Shown here: positions 54,521 to 64,000 of the stretch, in pieces
Layout of the letters: each line of letters opens with the position of its first letter
Position numbering within the stretch: the first letter of the stretch is position 1
Notes under the pieces: model-generated
Databases searched by the model: none
What the model was told of the DNA's origin: nothing
The model's input: the letters and a program-made list of their open reading frames with translations, nothing else
From: the human T2T-CHM13v2.0 reference genome, Homo sapiens
Strand: one strand, 5' to 3'
DNA length: 64,000 bases
Assembly: GCF_009914755.1 (NCBI RefSeq)
Contig: NC_060942.1
Position numbers and translations under genes: made by a program

Positions 54521-55714
54521 TTTTTTTTTTAATCCATTTACAAATGCTATAGAAAGCTGTTCACCCAAAGGAACAATATTAACAAGAAACAGAGTAAATC
54601 TTCGTCAAAACTAACATAGACATTTATGAAAGACCTAAATATTTCTCATTAATAAGTTCAAAAAAGAAAAAAGAAAATGATGCTTGCTGTCTCTGTGTAA
54701 GCACACTAAAAAGACCACTTTCTATAGAGTACACACAAAGCCTTTTTAAAAAAATTTATTTTATTTTTTTTAGATAATGTTTGTAGAGTAGGATGTTGGT
54801 TGTCTGGCACCTGCACAAAATTGCCAAAACAAAGCTCTTATTTCTTTGAAGGTTACATTCCATGATTCAGTATGCCAAAGGGTCAGTTAAAAATTTAAAT
54901 ACAGCACCCAGATTACTCATGTTTTGCCAGCAGTCGACTTGTTATTACACCCATATTTGAGATATTTCACTAGCTTCCAATTACCCAGTTTCAGGGAACT
55001 GCATTCTGCTTTCAATTTTTAATGCCTAACTCCTGTGGATTTCAGCATGATATCTGTGGGTAGCAAAGTGTCAGAATATACTGACTTTAAGAGGGTACTT
55101 ACAGTTTTATAAGGCAGTAAATGACATAAAGTTTCCGTATGTGGATATTTCATTGCATGTTACATTATTAAAGGTGTATCTGCTTGGTGTTTCCTCTCAG
55201 AGCTCTGGGGCAATAAGGGAACATTTTCGTTTGTTTTCTTTGTTTGTGTTTGTCCTTCCTCGTGACACAGTTTGAACTGCTAACCGTTGGATAAAGTAAA
55301 TTTTAATGTTTCATTTTATTATTAAGAACTGATATTCTGAAACAGATGTTAAAATGGCAGGTGACCAAAATACTGTCTTACAAAATAGCTCGTAATCTCA
55401 GTTTACATTTGTATGCCAACTTGACCTCCACTGTTCTTTAGGATCTGAGAAGAGTAAATTTTCTTGTATTCTGAAAGCTATTCCAGTGAAAACTGAAGAA
55501 GAAACTCTGAAGACACTGCTGTGATCAAAGCTTTGGCTGTTTGTGGTTTGTTAGTACATTCAGAATATGTGAATATGAATGAATAAAGACACATAATAAA
55601 TATAATGTATTATTTAGAGTTGTTTTTCATATATTGTTGAATGTAACAAATATTTAATACATTTGTAACAAGTGCGTTCCTGGCCTTATTACGAGAAACA
55701 CATTAATTTAATTA

Positions 55715-56675
55715 ACATATTATTAATTCAATAAATAGATATACAGAGGCTATGATATGCCAGGCATTGAACGAGGAGTTATGGGTGATGCCAAACATAC
55801 TATATGAACATCACTTCCTCTCACAAAAGAGAATTCAAAAAAAAATACACAAAATATAATCAAAGGAAAGTAGTTCTGTGTAAGAGCAGTACAAATAAAA
55901 TCAAATTTCAGAAACCAGAAAGGTTCCTTCTGGCTGAGGATATTATAATGTTGCAGGAGCAAAGGTCTGAAAATGGGAGAACATGTGATACCTTTGCAGA
56001 ATAAAAAGTAATCCATTATGTAACTTTACTCTGAGTGTGTGAAAGAAATAGCAAGAGATAAACCTGAAAAGGCAGGATGGGAACAGCTTATAAAAGGCCT
56101 ATTTTGTGAGACTAAAGATATGAACAATACTCTGCAGGCAATAGGAATCTATTAACTAGTGTTGAGCGGCATAATACAACTTTATCAGCGCTTTAGGAAT
56201 ATTAAGCCAGACTGCTGTGTAAAATGAATTTAAAGAAGGTAATAATAAAGAAGAGGCAAGAAGATCTAGTACAAATATTTCCATTTGGTTTTAGACAGAA
56301 TGAGGGTGTGACCCAGCAAAGAAGTTGAAAGCATAAAGAGGGGAAAAGAGAGAAATTATGGTAGAAGAATATGCAGAACCTAAAATCTAAGTGTCACCAT
56401 ACAGTAAGAAAGAAGGAATAATTATCCTAGATCATTAAGCATGATGGCAGAATCAACAGAGTGGAAATTTCAAGAGAAGCAGAAGCAGATATAGAAGAAT
56501 GGTCAAAAGTAATTTGGCATGTTACAGTTAAGGCCCTGGTAAAACATCCAAATCGTGATGAACAGCAGGCAATGCTAAAAGCTAGCCTGAATTTTAGGAG
56601 AGATTTGGGGTTGGAATACATTAAATCATTTGAATAAAGCAATAGTTGAATTTACACAAGGGGATGAAATTAATA
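55715..56675 (-). mobile_element. L2
   Basis: 'attcaataaata...tatgccaggcattg' and 'agatttggggttggaatacattaaatc'. Confidence 0.7.
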
Positions 56676-56689
56676 AAAGTAAGTGTATG

Positions 56690-57007
56690 GGCCCAGCACA
56701 GTGGCACAAACCTGTAATCCCAGCACTTTGGGAGGCTGAGGCATAGGGATCACCTAGGCCCAAGAGTTCAAGACCAGCCTGGACAACATGGCAAAACCCC
56801 ATCTCTAAAAAAAAAAAAAAAAAAAATTAAATAAATTAGCCGAGTGTGGTGGCATGCACCTGTATTCCCAGCTACTCAGAAGGCTGAAGTGGGAGAATCA
56901 CTTGAGCCCAGGAGGTCAAGACTACAGTGAGCCATGATCACGCCACTGCACTGTAGCCTGGGTGACAGAGTGAGACTCTGTCTTAAAAAATAACAATAAA
57001 TAAGAGG
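56690..57007 (+). mobile_element. AluJb-like
   Basis: 'cttgagcccaggaggtcaagactacagtgagcc'; TSD aaagtaagtgtatg / aaagcaagtctatg. Confidence 0.93.
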
Positions 57008-57096
57008 AAAGCAAGTCTATGGAAGTATAAAAGTAAATTATATATTCAGAGTTGTCTCATGAGCTCCACTGTGCCCTCCCTGATGTGAAATGTCAC

Positions 57097-57450
57097 TGTG
57101 AAAGACATTCTCATGGTGGATCCATGACACTCATTCATGTCCTTGCCCTTGTGTGATGTCACCTCTTAGTGTGGGCAGGACTTGTGACTTCCTTTTGATC
57201 AACAGCATACAGCAAAGGTGTCAGGATGCATGTGATGACGTCTACATGGTTATCCTAAGATCGCAGTGCGACTTTGCTGGTATTGCAGACATAATGGCCA
57301 TGTTGGAGAATCCCAGGTGACAAGGGACTGAAGGCTGCTTCTAGAATCCGAGGACAACCTCCAGACAACAACCAGTGAAGAAACGGGGTCGTGAGCCTTG
57401 CAATGTAACAAACTGAGTTCTGCCAGCAACTACGTGAGCTTGGAAGACTA
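57097..57450 (+). mobile_element. MLT1E/F-like MaLR LTR (3'-incomplete)
   Basis: 'gtgtgggcaggacttgtgactt', 'ggccatgttggagaa' and 'gagttctgccagcaactacgtgagcttggaag'. Confidence 0.78.
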
Positions 57451-57454
57451 AGCT

Positions 57455-57840
57455 TAAATGTAGAATATTCTACAGATAATTGACTTGGTTTTTAAAAAAT
57501 GTTAATTGCATAGAAAGAGAGGGAGAGAGACAGAGAATGAGCTTTATCTAAGTTAATATGGAGTTAAGATACAAAGAAATATTATAACTAAATTCAAAGT
57601 GTGGATCTTGTTTGAATCCTCACTGTCATGTTACAATTTTTGAGACTTTTCAGCATGTTTGATTATGGGTTGGATATTAGGTGATATGTAGGAAAGAGTA
57701 TTAGTTTTTTGATGCAATAATGGCAATGATTATGTAGAAATACTCTTCGTTTTTAGTGATGCACTTTGAAATATGTATAGTCATAATAACATGATCTTTG
57801 GAGTTTGCTTTTGAATTGTTCAGGAAAAAGAAAAAACAGA
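57455..57840 (+). mobile_element. L1ME3/L1MC-like 3' UTR
   Basis: 'gtgtggatcttgtttgaatcct', 'tggatattaggtgatat' and 'atgatctttggagtttgcttt'. Confidence 0.7.
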
Positions 57841-57967
57841 ATAAATGTTCTCTGTGTACCTGGGAAGCTATCCATGATAAATAAAGAGTAAAATGAATAA
57901 ACAAATAGTTGAGAGTAAATGTAGACTGTAGATCAAAATATATAGTATAATTGTTTTTCATTAGTAT

Positions 57968-58055
57968 ACATTGATAGCTAGATATGTATATATGTATATA
58001 TGGATACATTTAGATAGATACAGGTATGTATGTAGATAATATATAGACAGATAAG
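57968..58055. repeat. TAGA/TATG low-complexity repeat
   Basis: Degenerate tetranucleotide run. Confidence 0.7.
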
Positions 58056-58682
58056 AATAATGATATAAGTAAATTTTAGGTAAACTACTGCAAAAAATAT
58101 ATAAATAATGGCTGGCCAAGAGGATTTTTTTTGAAGGGATGATACTCTAAATTATGTCGCTGTTAAATTGTTTAAAGTCTTAATATCACGAATATAGTTT
58201 AAAAATAATTTTAAAATATTAGTCTTATACAATAAAAATGTAGAAACTAATAAGGAGAAGGACTATGTCTTGCAGAGAGAAAAAGAGAAAATATCCACAG
58301 AGAAAAAATGAGTACAAGCCACTGAGTGGTACAAAAGAAAAAATGGGTGTGCTTTATATTTTAGACATATAGAGTAATGAAGGGTAGGAGATAAAGTCGC
58401 CAAAGTTGGAATAAAAAATTAAAGATTCTTTAAAAAATTGGAATGCTGATTTCACATTAATTTTTGTGGTCTGAGGGAACATATTTCTGAGGAAAATGAG
58501 ACATTGAGAATGAAAAGGAAAGCAGTATTTCAGAGTAGGCAAAAAATTAAAAGATCAAAGACCACAAAGAAAAAGAACAGTTAAAACTTCTAAAGAAGAG
58601 ACGACCAGACTTTTTTTTTAACCCTCTGAGACAAAGAGCAGAAAGAAGTGTTTGATAAATAAGTAAAAGAGGAGACTCAAAT

Positions 58683-59203
58683 TGAAACCTACCCAATAGT
58701 CCCATAGATAATTTTGTTTGTTTGCTTGTTTTGATACACAGAGAAGTTGACCTTCTGGTCTTAAAGCTTGAAACTTACATTTGTTTTATCTCAATTCCAT
58801 TCTCATTAAAGGAACCACAGCCCTCTCAAAAAATTATCGAAGAACTGAAACTCACCAGATTACCACATCCAATGAGATACCAGACCTCTCATTCATCATA
58901 ATTGCTTCCTGACCCCTTTCTAATTTCTGTTTTCCTAATCAACCACCTCCTTCTTTGTGATCGACTCCTATTCCTTATGCCTACCTAGTTCCTTTTTTTC
59001 CCACACAATTACATTTCTTCCCTGCTATATCAACTGCTATATTTTAGTCAGTATGAGAGATGGAGTTGAGACTGATCTCCCATCTCTTCAGCTGTAGCAT
59101 CTGCTTAAAGCCTTCTTCCCTGGCAGTACTCACGATCTCCGTAATTGGTTTTCTGTGCAGTAAGCAGCAGGGTCTAAACCAAACCCCTGATGTTTTGGTA
59201 ACA
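58683..59203 (+). mobile_element. LTR47-like ERV solo LTR
   Basis: 'tgaaacctacccaatagtcccataga...aagaactgaaactcaccagat...aaacccctgatgttttggtaaca'; TG..CA ends and 4-bp TSD aaat; family name is from memory. Confidence 0.8.
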
Positions 59204-59699
59204 AAATCAAAGAACCTTTAAATTTTTAAAAAGACAATGCATTTTGTAGATACTTTCACCTCCCCTTTCTCTACTCATTGACCCTAGTCACATTTGGTAA
59301 TTTCAGAACCCTCATGAGGCTCCTTAGATGTCCCGTTAAGTCAGTGAGTCTATAAATTTCTTATGGTTACTCCAATTATAAAAATGCTAACTAAGGCTCT
59401 CACAACTTTAGCAGAATTCCCAGGTTTGCAAAATAAATGAATGCTGAATTGGGATTAGAATCCCAGTTTAACTTAGTAGGAGGGGCTACTCTATTCTTGA
59501 ATTACGGTTTTTTGTAGCTGTTGAAACAAATGTATCATATGTTGTAGATTAATGTATCAACATTTCTGTGGAGAAATATTTCTAGTAAATTGTCAAGACA
59601 TTTTGTGTCTCTACTCATCCAGTTCAATATGTTTTGTAAATCAAATTAGAAATATAAAAGGAGTACAGATAAGCCCATATTTAGACTCAGATCTAACTT

Positions 59700-60595
59700 A
59701 AAGATATTTCACTCTCTCATAGCCTCAAGTCCTTCAGTCACCAATCCCGCAAAGTCTAACTTCACATCACCTTTCTTCATACCCACTAACAATGTGTAAA
59801 TTCAGGCCCATATTTGTTCTTTGAACAATTTCAATAGCTTCAAATGAACATCTCTGCCTCTAGTCTTCTCTCTTACCTCATCTTTTCCACATTATTTTCA
59901 AAGCCACCTTAGTAAAACACTGACCAGAAATAATCTCCATGAGTGTAGGGTTTTATCTGCTTTTTTTGTCTTTACTGATTCCATACCACTTGGTATAAAG
60001 CATGCACTCAATAAATTGGGCAAAAAATTCGAATACATGAAATTGAATGAATCTTTTTGGTTTTATTGTTGTTGTTGTTGTTGCTGCTCAAATCTTTCAA
60101 ATTATTCCTAGCTAATCTCTAAGCCCTGGCCCTAGGAGAGAAGACACTTTGTGATGTGTTCCTACCTCTTGCCCTATTCCTGAGTGTAGTACAGCTCCCT
60201 TGCTTCCTCTACATTGGTTTCAGTAAAAAGATACATAGAAGTATTTGTATTTTCACCATCATATCCTGTTTCACATTTCCTCTGTTTTGTGCAGAAAATG
60301 CCACACTGCCTTCTGAATTGCTTGCCTATGAGGATAATACTAACTTACTCTTCAAAGCTAGGGACTCAAATTTTTGTAAAGCTTTGTCTCATCTTCTATA
60401 AAGCCCATAAGCCTCACATCCCTAAGATTTGCATTAGTTTATTATGGCCCTTGCAAAATCTTATTGCACTTATGCATGTATATACCTCTTTAAATATCTT
60501 GATTACAGAAGCCATGTCTTTTTTTAAAATTTTTATACCTATAGCATCTAATATAGTACTTGACATAGATAAAGGGGAGCACTTCTGAGATGCTT
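59700..60595 (+). mobile_element. L2 fragments (a second L2 3' end is nested at ~59925-60050)
   Basis: 'caatagcttcaaatgaacatctctgcctctagtctt', 'catgcactcaataaatt' and 'atagcatctaatatagtacttgacatag'. Confidence 0.65.
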
Positions 60596-60624
60596 TATGA
60601 GAATTCCACAACTTTTATTTAGGT

Positions 60625-60780
60625 GACTGTCACTCTACTGATTACTAAGTCTGTGACATTGGAGAAGTTTCTTAACCACTCTGTGACTCACTCTGTCAAA
60701 CTATAGCATGAGGGCATTAACAGTACTGAATCTTTAAAGTTCTTGAAGATTTTAAAAGACAGTGCTTAGTAACTGACACG
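60625..60780 (+). mobile_element. MIR
   Basis: 'ttactaagtctgtgacattggagaagtttcttaaccactctgtgactca'. Confidence 0.75.
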
Positions 60781-61993
60781 TGTCACAGGATCCTTGGGGT
60801 GTTGCTTTTCTGCCCTAACACCTCTGTGGTCAGTGGTGCCTTTGGTGGAGTTTTGCTCGGGCCCACTGAACTCGTTCCACTCACTCGGCCCAGCAGGCTA
60901 CACTCAAGGTTCGTGCTACTGGCCTACATCACATGCCTGCCAAGGGCAAGCCGGGTGCAGAGAGACAAGGGGTGTGTGAGCAAGTGAATGTGGGGTCTTG
61001 CCATTGCACGCAGCCAAACACACTGGCTGTGGCAGAGAAGGCAGCTCCAGGTGCCAGCATGGGCGCCGGCTCCCTGCGAGGCTGTGGCTGGAGCAGGTTT
61101 ACCACAAGCAACTTCCATGGCTGGCACCAGGGAACTCGGTGGAGCCTGGAATATTGGAGACAGCAGGAACCGCAGAGCCCCAAAGAGGGTGTCACAGCCC
61201 TGGCTCAGGGCGGGGCTCCTGGGACTGGGCCCCCCAAACGGCAGTAATGCTTCTCTCCTCTTTTTTGTCCTCATTGTCTGCAACGTGGCAAGCAAAAGGT
61301 GTGTTTCAGCCCTGTTTGTGTTACATCTGTTTCAGCCCCACCATTCGGTGAGTCTCAAGTTCTCGTCCAGGAAGCATGAGGTATGCAGACAAGTGGAAGG
61401 TAAACAAGGCGAAGAGGCGCTTTATTCAGCGACAGAACAGCTCAGAGGAGACTCGCAATGGGTAGCTCCTCTCTACAGGCAGTTAGTCCAGTTATCTACC
61501 CGAGTCTGGCTGAGTCCAGGGGTTTTTATGGGCTTCAGAGGGGAGGAAGTGTGTGCCGATTGGTCCATGGGTGGTCATGGTCACCAGAAAAACCACAAGT
61601 TCTCAGAACTGACAGCCCAGCACCAGGGCTTCAGACCTCCCTGGCTTGAAGGTGGGGCTTCACTGGGGACCCTCACCTTTCCCACCAGGAGCCTGTTTGC
61701 CTCCAGCCTCCATTAACCTGCTTTCCATGGTGCCCATGGCACTCAAGCTGTTTGTGCTGAGGGGCACATGCAAGCCCATGCCAAACCACCCTTCGTATCC
61801 CACTTGGCATCCCTCTAATGCTCGTTGGTGCCCAAAGTCTGAAGGGGTCTGAGGCTGTAGGGTGCTGGCGTGCCAGTGCTGCCCTGAGTGTGCACACACC
61901 CGGCCAGGTCATGAAAGTGCCAGGGCTCAGCCACAACTTTGCTTTGAAATTGGAGTGGGTGCCAGAGTGAAGAGAGGCCAAGCAGTGGGAGCA
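60781..61993 (-). mobile_element. MER52A-like (ERV1) LTR lacking its 5' end
   Basis: Starts 'tgtcacaggatccttggggtg' (antisense LTR 3' end); homologous to 27319-28376; stops at 'gcagtgggagca'. Confidence 0.9.
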
Positions 61994-62014
61994 AAATGCT
62001 ACAAAGTATTGTTT

Positions 62015-62152
62015 TTTGAGAAAATCACCCACCTAGTCTGAGGGTTTATTTTCTTATTTGTAAATTAAGGGTAACAATGCTAACTTCAGAAAATTTTTGT
62101 AAGAATTAAATGAGGAAAGTATTTTGAAATAATCACCTAAACAAATGTTATT
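62015..62152 (+). mobile_element. MIR
   Basis: 'ttttcttatttgtaaattaagggtaacaatgctaacttcaga...gtaagaattaaatgag'. Confidence 0.7.
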
Positions 62153-62269
62153 TCTAAATGAAATAAAAGGATGAAATATGTAAATGAAAATGTTATTAAT
62201 AAGATGATAGTCATAAATTTAATGACGTCACAAAGTTCAGAAGGCTATTGAATTGGAATATCCAGGGAA

Positions 62270-62595
62270 GTTGACTTACTTTAAAGAGTCAGAATGAAGG
62301 ACTGGAAAAGAAGTCAGCAACAAAATTAGAGATATAAGTGCTTGTTTAAGAGGATTTAGGTATAAGACACTTAGTGTCTTCTAGTGTACATGATAGCTTT
62401 CCCCACATATTGAAATGAGATATAAGTAGAAGAGACATTGAATTTGTTGATGACTCTCCAAATGAAAGTTTAGAACTACAGAACGAAACTGTAGGAAAGC
62501 CCATTTTAGTTCATCATAAGGAAGTATTTTCTAAAAATTAGATTTATGCAAAAAAGAAATCCATTTCTTCACATGGAGCTGAGAGTTTAAAAACA
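62270..62595 (+). mobile_element. L3/CR1 3' fragment
   Basis: 'tagaactacag...attttagttcatcataaggaagtattttctaaaaattaga'. Confidence 0.55.
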
Positions 62596-62600
62596 CCCGC

Positions 62601-62785
62601 TCAATTCACAGAATGGGAGAAAATATTTGCAAACTACCCCTCTGACAAAGGATTAACAACCAGTATATATAAGGAGCTCAATCAACTCAATAGAAAAAAA
62701 ATCTAATAATCTGATTTAAAAATGGGCAAAAGATTTGAATGACATTGCTCAAAAGAAGCCATACAAATGGTAAACGAGCATATGA
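62601..62785 (+). mobile_element. L1PB/L1MA internal ORF2 fragment
   Basis: 'cacagaatgggagaaaatatttgcaaactac...ctgacaaaggattaa...aaatgggcaaaagatttgaat'. Confidence 0.88.
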
Positions 62786-62787
62786 CT

Positions 62788-63065
62788 GTCTTCATTCATT
62801 TTTATAGTTATGTTACACTTCATAGTGTGAATATACATAGTTTTATCCAGCAGTGCTTTTTAATGGGCAGTTATATGTTTTTGAGCTTTTTGTTGTTAAA
62901 AATAACCCTGCAATGAATAGTCATATTTTGCCTATTTTGTTATGCATTTCTTCTGGTATATCTCTGGAATATAGTACTAAATGTGGGATTTCTGAGTCAG
63001 AAGGAAATGCATATGTAATTTCATTCAATGCTGACAGATTATCTTCCATGTGAGCTGTACCATAT
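62788..63065 (-). mobile_element. L1MC/ME 3' fragment
   Basis: 'aataaccctgcaatgaatag' and 'gtgggatttctgagtcagaagg'. Confidence 0.65.
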
Positions 63066-63069
63066 CTTT

Positions 63070-64000
63070 GTATTGTTTTATTTTTTTACTTGACAAGTAA
63101 AGATTATGTATATTTATGGTGCACAATATGATATTTCATACATGTGTACATTGTGGAATGGCTAAATCGAGTTGTTTAAAATATCCATTACCTCAAATAT
63201 TTATTTTTTGTGTGGGAAGAAATCTTAAAATCTACTTGCAGCCATTTTCAATATATGATATATTTTTATTAACTGTAGTCATCATAATAATGGATCACTT
63301 GAGCTTATTCTTCCTATATAACTGAAATTTGGTGTCCTTTTGCCTACATTTCCCCAATCCTCCCAACCCCCAGCCTCTGCCAACTATCATTTTACTTTCT
63401 GTTTCTATGAAATTCAACTGATTTTTCACACCACTTGTAAGTGAGATAACGTGGTATTGGTCTTTCCATGTCTGGATTATTTCACTTAACATAATGTTCT
63501 CCAGATTCATTCACATTTTCACAAATGGCAGAATTTCCTTTTTTTCTTTAAAGTGAAGTAGTGTTTCCTTGTGTGTATATGACACATGTTCTTTATCTAT
63601 TTATCTCTTGAGGGACACTTAGGTTGATTCCATATTTTGGCTATTGTGAATAGTACTGCAATAAATAGGGAAGTGCAAATATCTCTTTCACATACTAATT
63701 TCATATCATTACAGTTATTAATATATACCCAGTAGTGAGATTGCTGGATTATATGGTAGGGGGGAATCTCCATACTATTTTTTATAATGGCTATACTAAT
63801 TACATGCCCACCAAGTGTGCCAGGGTTCACTTTTCTCCACATCCTCACCAACGCTTATTTTTTTTTCAGTAACATTCAAAATTCATTCTAATAGATGTAA
63901 GGTGACATCTCATTTTGGTTTTGATTTGCATTTTCCTGATGTTTGATATTAAGCATATTTTTTTCTATACCTGTTGCCATTTTTGTGTGTTCTTTTAAGA
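63070..64000 (-). mobile_element. L1MA (MA4-8-like) 3' end, continues beyond the window
   Basis: 'ttgacaagtaaagattatgtatatttatgg', 'ccacttgtaagtgagataacg' and 'ggacacttaggttgattccatattttggctattgtgaatagt'. Confidence 0.92.

Noticed and set aside
58180-58670. Possible HAL1/L1 ORF1 relic (and a possible L2 at ~4300-4800)
   Set aside because: Purine-rich, but the similarity is too weak to call by eye
60988-61716. 242-aa ORF and overlapping ORFs
   Set aside because: Entirely within the GC-rich MER52A LTR; non-ATG start; no recognisable domain; ORFs are open in many frames because stop codons are rare in GC-rich DNA
63295-63851. ORFs resembling the L1 ORF2 C-terminus
   Set aside because: Fragments of a decayed L1MA, not an intact CDS

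Overview
AT-rich, CpG-depleted primate genomic DNA. AluY plus an L1PA2-type 3' end point to a great ape, most likely human. The window is intergenic or deep intronic: I recognise no protein-coding exon, RNA gene or CpG-island promoter, and the longer ORFs lie in Alu, L1, LTR or microsatellite sequence or look like chance ORFs. Roughly half of the window is interspersed repeat: about 11 Alu copies or fragments, many L1 pieces (L1PA2, L1PA13-16, L1MA/MB/MC/ME), L2, L3/CR1, MIR, solo LTRs (THE1 x2, MLT1 x4, MER66, MER67, MER52 x2, LTR47-like) and DNA transposons (Tigger3, MER5, a hAT MITE). Subfamily names come from remembered consensus similarity and need RepeatMasker/Dfam confirmation. I see no new biological system. 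The best observation is structural. Two halves of one L1MA 3' end sit about 10 kb apart on opposite strands, each abutting a Tigger3 terminus at the same TA. This implies an ancient ~8.2-kb inversion (35886-44085) bounded by Tigger3 ends. Secondary observations are a twin-primed L1 with TSD, an 80-nt near-perfect hairpin, a templated-insertion-like palindrome mosaic and several local duplications.
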